Source: an archaeon
GTDB taxonomy: Archaea; Iainarchaeota; Iainarchaeia; Iainarchaeales; 1-14-0-10-31-34
Length of the DNA stretch: 12,967 nt
Assembly: GCA_043815885.1 (NCBI GenBank)
Contig: JBDRIL010000006.1
Coordinates: 1 to 12,967, forward strand
Reading direction: 5' to 3'
Shown in pieces: positions 5,388 through 11,866 of this stretch; the first letter of the stretch is position 1, and each line of letters starts with the position of its first letter. The translations under genes were made by a program, and so were the position numbers. Below the pieces are notes generated by a model. The model searched no databases. It saw only the letters and a list, made by a program, of their open reading frames with translations, and had not been told where the DNA came from.

Positions 5388-8015
5388 TTATCTTACCTTT
5401 CCAACAACCCAGCTAACCAAATACAATACGATTCCAACTCCAATTATATATGCCCATTCAGTTATTCCCAATGCAACTGTATTGAAGAACACATTCAGTG
5501 GAGTGTACAATACAATTAATTGCAGGAAGATTGAGGAACCGATTGCCAGGATCAGCCATTTATTGCTGAAAGCTCCAACCTTGTACTCCCCCCTTATATT
5601 CTGCAGCCTGATTACCTCAAACACAACCAATGCAGTGAAAGCAATTGTCTGCGCCTTAATCACGTTCTCAGTATTCCCTAAATCTCCTTCATAAAATAAT
5701 CCAAACAAAAACAATACTGCAACTGTAATAAAGATTGAAGTAATGAATACAGTTGAAGTCATTCTCTTATTCATTATTTTTTCTTTTTTCGGTCTTGGAG
5801 GCTTATTCATTATTCCTTTTTCCGGCTTATCCAACCCCAAAGCCAGTGCAGGAAGGCCGTCAGTAACAATATTCAGCCACAATAATTGAATCGGAATCAA
5901 TGGAAGAGGGAAAGGAGTAAAAAAAGACAGAACAATAGCAATAAAGATAATCATTACTTCAGCAATATTGCATGAAAGAAGGTATGCAACAAACTTCTTT
6001 ATGTTATCATAAACCCCCCTTCCTTCCTCAACTGCCTCTACAATGCTCGCAAAATTATCATCAGTTAAAATCATATCGCTTGCTTCTTTTGCCACATCTG
6101 TCCCCTTTATTCCCATTGCTATTCCCATATCTGCCTTCTTTAATGCCGGGGCATCATTCACCCCGTCTCCAGTCATTGCAGTAACCAGGTTATTCGCTTC
6201 CAGTGCATTAATGATTTTCATTTTATGCAGTGGATTAACCCTTGCAAAGATATCAGTGTGAAGGATTGCCTCATCCATTTCCTTTTCATTCATTTCCTCT
6301 AATTCTTTTCCAGTAATCCCTCTTCCCTCCAAACCCAATTCCCTTGCAACTGCTATTGCAGTTTTTAAGTGGTCACCTGTAATCATTATCACCCTTATTC
6401 CTGCCTTCCTGCAAACCTTTACTGATTCAATTGCCTCCTTTCTCGGAGGGTCAATCATTCCCTGCAATCCCAAAAAAACCAGTTTCTCTTCTACTTCTTT
6501 TTCCTTTAATTCCTTGAACCCAAAACCCAGTACTCTCAGTGCCTTTTCTCCCATTTCATTATTTACTTCCAGTATCCTCTTCCTGTCCGCTTCATCCATT
6601 TTCCTTATATTTCCTTTTTCATAAATCCTGTCGCATTTCTCCAGCAATACCTCTGCAGCTCCTTTGGAATAAACATATTTCCTCTCCTTAAATTCATTCA
6701 CCACACTCATCAGTTTTCTTTCAGAGGAAAAAGGGACTTCATCCATTCTCTTCCATTCATTCTGCAGTTTCTCTTTATCCAATGAAGCCTTCTCTCCCAC
6801 TACAAGCAATGCCGCTTCAGTCGGATCGCCAATAATGTTTTCCTTTCCCGCAATACAGGAGTCATTGCATAAAACCCCTGCCTTCAATAATTCCTCTATT
6901 TCCCTTAAATCAAATTCCTTTCCTTCCTTCAAAAACTTTCCTTCCGCACTATAACCAATTCCCTTTACCTCAATGAATTCATTATTCACATACAGTTCCT
7001 TTACAGTCATTTCATTTTTAGTGAGTGTACCAGTCTTATCAGAGCAAATAACCTGCACCGCCCCAAGAGTCTCAACTGAAGGCAGCCTTCTTATCAGCGC
7101 GTGCCTTTTAGCCATTCTCTTTATTCCCAATGCAAGGGAAATAGTCACTACTGCCGGCAGCCCTTCAGGAATTGCTGCTACCGCCAGACTCAATGAAAAC
7201 ATCAATGCATTCCCGATATCCCCGCCACTCAATACCAGTGCCCCAAAAACAACCACACATATCCCTACAACCATTACTCCAATCCATTTCCCCAAATGCT
7301 TTAATCTTACCTGCAATGGGGTTTCTTCCTGTTCTATTTCCTGAATCATTACTGCTACTTTCCCTATCTCTGAATTCATTCCAGTTCTCACAACTATTCC
7401 TTTTCCCTTTCCCCTCACCACAGTTGTTCCGCTGAAAGCCATATTCTTTTGTTCTGCTACCCCAAGCTTTTCCTTTATCTCTAAAGAATTCTTTCCTACC
7501 GGAGTACTTTCCCCTGTAAGCGATGCCTCCTGCGTATAGAGGTCAAAGCATTCCACCAGCCTTATGTCTGCAGGAATCCTTGTCCCTTCCTCTAATTCAA
7601 TAATGTCCCCCGGAACCAGAAACTGTGAATCAATTTCATTCTTCTTTCCATCTCTCACTACAATTGCCTTTAATGTCATCATTCTCTTCAATGCCTGGAT
7701 TGATTTATCCGCATTGTATTCCTGCACAAATCCCACTACTGCATTAATGACTATTATTGCAAGAATCACTCCTGCTTCAATTGGCTCCTGACTAATAAAA
7801 AGAGAAATCAGGAAAGCAGCAATCAGTATCCATACAATAATGCTCTTGAATTGATTCAAAAAAATCCTTAACTTGGAAATCGGTTTCTTTTCTTCCAGTT
7901 TATTCAATCCATACTTCTCCAGCCTTTCCTTTGTCTCTCCTTCCTTTAAACCATTCAAATCAGAATTTAATTCCCTCACTACTTCTTCCACTGGTTGCTG
8001 ATAGAATTCATTCAT
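5388..8015 (-). CDS. Ca2+-transporting P-type ATPase (P2A, SERCA-like)
   Basis: 875 aa; TGES, IPEGLP, DKTGTLT phosphorylation motif, KGAAE, DPPR, TGD, GDGVND, M5 SCNIAEV, M6 WLNIVTDGLPA. Confidence 0.96.
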   Translation of the reverse strand: MNEFYQQPVEEVVRELNSDLNGLKEGETKERLEKYGLNKLEEKKPISKLRIFLNQFKSIIVWILIAAFLISLFISQEPIEAGVILAIIVINAVVGFVQEYNADKSIQALKRMMTLKAIVVRDGKKNEIDSQFLVPGDIIELEEGTRIPADIRLVECFDLYTQEASLTGESTPVGKNSLEIKEKLGVAEQKNMAFSGTTVVRGKGKGIVVRTGMNSEIGKVAVMIQEIEQEETPLQVRLKHLGKWIGVMVVGICVVVFGALVLSGGDIGNALMFSLSLAVAAIPEGLPAVVTISLALGIKRMAKRHALIRRLPSVETLGAVQVICSDKTGTLTKNEMTVKELYVNNEFIEVKGIGYSAEGKFLKEGKEFDLREIEELLKAGVLCNDSCIAGKENIIGDPTEAALLVVGEKASLDKEKLQNEWKRMDEVPFSSERKLMSVVNEFKERKYVYSKGAAEVLLEKCDRIYEKGNIRKMDEADRKRILEVNNEMGEKALRVLGFGFKELKEKEVEEKLVFLGLQGMIDPPRKEAIESVKVCRKAGIRVIMITGDHLKTAIAVARELGLEGRGITGKELEEMNEKEMDEAILHTDIFARVNPLHKMKIINALEANNLVTAMTGDGVNDAPALKKADMGIAMGIKGTDVAKEASDMILTDDNFASIVEAVEEGRGVYDNIKKFVAYLLSCNIAEVMIIFIAIVLSFFTPFPLPLIPIQLLWLNIVTDGLPALALGLDKPEKGIMNKPPRPKKEKIMNKRMTSTVFITSIFITVAVLFLFGLFYEGDLGNTENVIKAQTIAFTALVVFEVIRLQNIRGEYKVGAFSNKWLILAIGSSIFLQLIVLYTPLNVFFNTVALGITEWAYIIGVGIVLYLVSWVVGKVR

Positions 8016-8056
8016 GCTAACAATAATTAGTTAACCAATAATAAATACTTTGCTCC

Positions 8057-8083
8057 AAAAAAACAAGAAATAGAAGAAAAAAA
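8057..8083 (-). terminator. Oligo(T) terminator after Sec61beta
   Basis: Minus strand reads TTTTTTTCTTCTATTTCTTGTTTTTTT immediately after the TGA. Confidence 0.55.
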
Positions 8084-8251
8084 TCAGAACAAGAACTTCA
8101 GTATCATTACTATTGCAATAAATACAATAACTATTCCTAAAATGAATTCCGGGGTTATCTTTGGTCCGCCGGAATCCACATCAAAGAACCTCATTATCCC
8201 TATGGCTGAGCTTGGCCCGCTCACTCCAGGCCCTCTGTTTAATTTTACCAT
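8084..8251 (-). CDS. secG: Preprotein translocase subunit Sec61beta (archaeal SecG); absent from the ORF track
   Basis: 55 aa MVKLNRGPGVSGPSSAIGIMRFFDVDSGGPKITPEFILGIVIVFIAIVMILKFLF; GxMRFFD...KIxPE plus a single C-terminal TM is the Sec61beta signature; AAGGAGG SD at 8266-8260. Confidence 0.93.
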   Translation of the reverse strand: MVKLNRGPGVSGPSSAIGIMRFFDVDSGGPKITPEFILGIVIVFIAIVMILKFLF

Positions 8252-8353
8252 TCTTTTTTCCTCCTTAAAACAAAACCCTTAAATACAAATAATTCCTTAT
8301 AATAGATTACTGTAAAACAACAAATAAAAAGCTAAGCTTCAGGAGCTAAAAAA

Positions 8354-9298
8354 ATGGATGAAGAAAGAATCCGAAGATACATGAAAGACGTATTCCATGT
8401 AGTAATCCTTCTGGCACTAATACTTTTCCTTTTGGGATTGCTTACCTGGAGCGGCATACTTGGATGCAGTGCCATTCCCGGATGGTGTGAAGTATACTGG
8501 ATGTTTACTGGCGAACCAAGAACATTAATTGCCTATGGCGATTCCGGTTTAGGAGACCATGAATTGCTGCAGTACTATATGCAGCACCCGCAGTATCTGG
8601 GTTTAAGGGTTGATTCAAGAAAAATCGATTATTTAGGTTTAGGAAACCTGAAACAATATGATTTAGTTATTGTAACTGAAGCAAGAAAAATGAGCACCCA
8701 GAAAATGAAGATGTTCGTTGATTACGCTCTGGAAGGAGGAAAGTTAGTCTGGACTGGAGACGCAGGAGCAGAATTAGCTGAAGGAGATGAATTCGTTTAC
8801 AGAGATGACGAAGAAGAAGGAGCAGTACATGAAATGATTTCTCCCTGGGCAAGAAGAGACTTGGACAAAACTGACGGAAACTACGGAGTATTCCTTAACA
8901 GATTGCTTTCCCTTGATTACATTACCAATTACTGCTTAGAAAAGAAATGCACTGAAGGAAAAGAACCATGGATTGGAATGTTCCGCTTTGACCCAGGCGA
9001 AGACCACAAACTAGTTTTAGGGTTGGACCCTACACTCCAACTCTACGGAGACTTTGCAATAGTAAAAGAACGCGGTGACAGGCTTACAACAATTGTCTTA
9101 AGCGTTGACTCCCTTGCAATAATCACAACAGAAGGAGGCGGAAACTTAGGAAAAGTGTTCCCAATAATTGTTACAAGCGGCGTAGGAGAAAAAGTCGTTT
9201 ATTACTCTGCCCCCCTGGAAAACTATTTGAAGGAAAGCCAGGGAGGACGCTATTCCGACCAACTTTTAAGAAACATGTATTACGGGATGATTAAGTGA
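8354..9298 (+). CDS. Membrane-anchored hypothetical protein with probable class I GATase-like (ThuA/DUF4350-like) extracellular domain, paralog 1
   Basis: N-terminal TM; LKQYDLVIV...FVDYALEGGKLVWTGDAG pattern typical of that fold; AGGAG SD at 8341-8345. Fold assignment is by eye. Confidence 0.75.
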   Translation: MDEERIRRYMKDVFHVVILLALILFLLGLLTWSGILGCSAIPGWCEVYWMFTGEPRTLIAYGDSGLGDHELLQYYMQHPQYLGLRVDSRKIDYLGLGNLKQYDLVIVTEARKMSTQKMKMFVDYALEGGKLVWTGDAGAELAEGDEFVYRDDEEEGAVHEMISPWARRDLDKTDGNYGVFLNRLLSLDYITNYCLEKKCTEGKEPWIGMFRFDPGEDHKLVLGLDPTLQLYGDFAIVKERGDRLTTIVLSVDSLAIITTEGGGNLGKVFPIIVTSGVGEKVVYYSAPLENYLKESQGGRYSDQLLRNMYYGMIK

Positions 9299-9409
9299 AA
9301 AAAGAAAAGTTTATAAATAAGGACTTCCTATTTAAAACCAAAACATATTTAAATTATTAATTATACATTAAATAATAGGAACAATTACAGTATAAGGGTG
9401 ATGCAAAAA

Positions 9410-10261
9410 ATGTACGAAGGCGGTGAAGGAGGAGGGCCTCCAGAATATCCGGTTGAACCTCGAGCAGGAATTACTTCAAAACTGAAATACAATTTAGAGG
9501 GATTGATTCCACTAATTCTAATTATAATTATTGTTGCTTTTTTAGGGCATAAATTCGGTTTCTGGGATATTCCTTTCCTTGGAGGAGAACAGCCAATGCA
9601 GATGCTGATAATTGGACAGCCTTCAACTGACTTCACTAATATTCTGAACCAGAACAAAGATTTAGTCAGTTACTACATTCGTTCTGCTGACCACCTGAAC
9701 ATTAATCCAAAAGAACAGTTATCGAGATATGACGTAGTTGTATTGGACCAGCACTTAATGACCAAGAAAGAAGTCTCCAGTCAGTTAGGGGACGCAATAC
9801 AGGATTATGTAAGGAGCGGAGGAAAATTCATTACAATAATGGATTCAGGAATTAGAAGAACAGGCGCATCAGATGTACTTGGATGGAAAGCCACTTTCGG
9901 AGACATTGTACCTGTTTCATGCGAGAGAACAGGAGAAACAGATGTTCCTTCCTGTACTAACAGAATTCATTTGGCTGGATACATTGAAAGGGATGACTAC
10001 AAGCATCCAATAATGCAGGGAATTGAGAGAGCTCCAGCAGAAGGATATGCTCCTTATTACTTGGAGACCTTCCAGGTAGTAGTGACTGAAAGCAGGGGCC
10101 AGGTAGCTTATATCCTTAATGCAGACAGGACAGGGGAATGGTATCCGGGAATAGTTGAAAAGAAGTTAGTAATAGGAAAAAGCATTTACTTCGGTTACGA
10201 TCCAGGAAAAACAAGAGGAATACTTGAAAACACTTTAAAGTACCTGAAAGGAAAAATATAA
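9410..10261 (+). CDS. Membrane-anchored hypothetical protein with probable class I GATase-like domain, paralog 2
   Basis: TM at LIPLILIIIIVAFLG; LSRYDVVVL...IQDYVRSGGKFITIMDSG...HPIMQGI. Start ATG 9410 favoured by GGTGA at 9397-9401 (alternatives 9398, 9401); BRE/TATA AAAGAAAAGTTTATAAA at 9301-9317. Confidence 0.75.
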   Translation: MYEGGEGGGPPEYPVEPRAGITSKLKYNLEGLIPLILIIIIVAFLGHKFGFWDIPFLGGEQPMQMLIIGQPSTDFTNILNQNKDLVSYYIRSADHLNINPKEQLSRYDVVVLDQHLMTKKEVSSQLGDAIQDYVRSGGKFITIMDSGIRRTGASDVLGWKATFGDIVPVSCERTGETDVPSCTNRIHLAGYIERDDYKHPIMQGIERAPAEGYAPYYLETFQVVVTESRGQVAYILNADRTGEWYPGIVEKKLVIGKSIYFGYDPGKTRGILENTLKYLKGKI

Positions 10262-10287
10262 AGAACTCCATTAACAAGTTGTTATCA

Positions 10288-10473
10288 ATGGTAAAGATTA
10301 CAGTTGATAAGGAAAAGTGTACTGGCTGCGGCACCTGCGTACAGGTCTGCCCTGTAAGCATTTTTGAATTGAATTCAGGAAAATCCAAAACAAAAAAGGA
10401 CAAGATAAAAGACTGTTTGGAGTGCAAGGCATGCGAGGTTTCCTGTCCTGCTAGCGCAATAAAAGTAGAATAA
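10288..10473 (+). CDS. 2[4Fe-4S] dicluster ferredoxin
   Basis: [12 protein letters not shown] and [12 protein letters not shown]; 61 aa from ATG 10288. Confidence 0.95.
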   Translation: MVKITVDKEKCTGCGTCVQVCPVSIFELNSGKSKTKKDKIKDCLECKACEVSCPASAIKVE

Positions 10474-10504
10474 TATTCATTTCGTTCAAGGAGGTGTAAT
10501 CGAA

Positions 10505-10792
10505 ATGGCAATCAACGAAAAATCAAACGAAAACACAGTCTTCATTGGAAAAAAGGGAACAATGGCTTACGTTTTGGCCGTAGTTACACAGATTAACAGT
10601 GGTGCAAGTGAAGTCATGATCAAGGCAAGAGGAAGAGCCATCAGCAGAGCCGTAGACGTAGCAGAAATAGTGAAAAACAAGTTTGTAACAGACTTAAAGA
10701 TAGCAAGAATCGGCGTCTCTACTGAAGAAATCACTACCCAAGAAGGAAATCCATTGAAGGTATCAGCAATAGAAATCCAAATGAAGAAGTAA
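10505..10792 (+). CDS. albA: DNA/RNA-binding protein Alba
   Basis: [37 protein letters not shown]; strong SD AAGGAGGTG at 10488-10496. Confidence 0.97.
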   Translation: MAINEKSNENTVFIGKKGTMAYVLAVVTQINSGASEVMIKARGRAISRAVDVAEIVKNKFVTDLKIARIGVSTEEITTQEGNPLKVSAIEIQMKK

Positions 10793-10800
10793 AAAAAAAC

Positions 10801-10852
10801 CTTCTTCCATTCTTTATTTTTTATTCTAATTCTGTTTATTTAACTCTATTTC
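10801..10852 (+). terminator. T-rich terminator region after alba
   Basis: CTTCTTCCATTCTTTATTTTTTATTCTAATTCTGTTTATTT following the stop codon. Confidence 0.5.
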
Positions 10853-10906
10853 TAGGAAAAAAACCAATAGCTTTAAATGCATTTCTGGAAAGCAGGCAAT
10901 TCTTAT

Positions 10907-11071
10907 TCATTGTCTTATTCTCGGCAGAATCACAAAGGCAAATACAGCTGAAAGCACAGCCAAAACCCAAAACACAACCGGATTCAATCCAATGGCTACA
11001 ACCAAAGTCAGCACAACCAACAGCAACACAATCAGCAGTAAAATCGGAATCTTAAGCCATTTCTTCTTCAT
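10907..11071 (-). CDS. 54-aa helical-hairpin membrane protein; absent from the ORF track
   Basis: MKKKWLKIPILLLIVLLLVVLTLVVAIGLNPVVFWVLAVLSAVFAFVILPRIRQ: two TM helices, GLNP turn, basic termini (positive-inside); GAGTG SD-like sequence upstream. Confidence 0.8.
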   Translation of the reverse strand: MKKKWLKIPILLLIVLLLVVLTLVVAIGLNPVVFWVLAVLSAVFAFVILPRIRQ

Positions 11072-11171
11072 ATTCAACACTCTTTATTTGCAGTTAGGAT
11101 AACTTGTTCCTCTGCATTCCTCTTCCAAAAAGAGTTGGTAAAAAAATAGTGCAGCATTTAATTTAAGTAAT

Positions 11172-11463
11172 TCACTTTGATTTTATTGGATAGTTTGCAA
11201 GATTGTTTCCAGCAATAATTTCAGCAACCCGTCTGTTAAGCCCTGTCTTTTTGTTAGGTCCCCCTGCCATTAACCTGTTAACCTCTACTTTAAATGCACT
11301 GGCATAAGGAATTCTCAATTTTCCGTATAACGTTTTAACATTGTCCCATTTGATTTTTTTTTCTCTTGCTAGGTTTACCAAAGAATTATACGAAGGAGGC
11401 TCCCCTCTCTTAGGCCCCGGCTTTTCGAACAATAGTTGGATTTTTTTTCTTTGGTAACGGCAT
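11172..11463 (-). CDS. Basic hypothetical protein, probably starting at ATG 11463 with a +1 frameshift in an A8 run
   Basis: Track ORF 11172..11432 has only a TTG start. ATG 11463 lies about 23 nt below TTTATATA (11493-11486) and joins the ORF (MPLPKKKIQLLFEKPGPKRG...) if one A is removed from the run at 11448-11441. Confidence 0.6.
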
Positions 11464-11501
11464 AATTAAATATTTTTAATTCCATTATATAAATAGTTAC
11501 T

Positions 11502-11732
11502 AAAAAAACAGGGTTTTACAGAGAGGAAATTAAATCCCCTCTCATTCGGGAGTTGTAACTGAAGTTTACTTTGTTAAACTTTAAATCCTTAATTCAACGT
11601 GAATCAAGAAAAGAAAACCCCAACCAAAAAGAATCTGTAACTTAAAATTTTGCCGGAGTTTGGTGGAATTAAGGGGTATTTAATGGATTAATTCCGTGAA
11701 ATGCAGTGAATTTTCTTATGGTTTGGGGTTTA
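11502..11732. ncRNA. Candidate structured non-coding RNA or cis element (strand uncertain, minus favoured)
   Basis: No ORF of 60 aa or more; multiple complementary segments; minus-strand TATA about 24 nt upstream and a T7 tract at the 3' end. No match to an RNA family I recognise. Confidence 0.4.
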
Positions 11733-11743
11733 AAAGGCCTTTG

Positions 11744-11763
11744 TTTATATATTATTATATAAA
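11744..11763. promoter_or_regulatory. Back-to-back TATA boxes (bidirectional promoter)
   Basis: TTTATATA (11744-11751), TTAT spacer, TATATAAA (11756-11763): perfect 8-bp inverted repeat of the archaeal TATA consensus. Confidence 0.6.
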
Positions 11764-11866
11764 AGAAAAGACAGAAAATGACACTATTTTTTTTCTTAAT
11801 TGAAAAACTTTGCTGTTTAACGCAGGATAGCGTTTTTTTCTCTTTCTTATAATAGGAGTTGATTAA

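Larger units (their letters stand above)
4809..5409. mobile_element. Putative inserted toxin-antitoxin cassette (588-bp unit bounded by 13-bp direct repeats)
   Basis: The repeats enclose exactly the TA promoter/operator, antitoxin and toxin; no integrase or transposase in the window. Confidence 0.6.

Noticed and set aside
5068..7791. Plus-strand ORFs over the TA genes and ATPase
   Set aside because: Antisense shadows of confidently identified genes.
8667..10511. Minus-strand ORFs 8667..8852, 9385..9657, 10116..10511
   Set aside because: Overlap stronger plus-strand genes; no recognisable features.
10836..10910. 24-codon minus-strand ORF (MNKNCLLSRNAF...) overlapping the stop of the 54-aa gene
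   Set aside because: Very short, no features, runs into the alba terminator region.
11502..11732. RNase P, SRP RNA, tRNA or CRISPR array
   Set aside because: GAGGAAA at 11523 is not followed by the RNase P P4 consensus; no SRP helix 8 motif, cloverleaf, or regularly spaced identical repeats.
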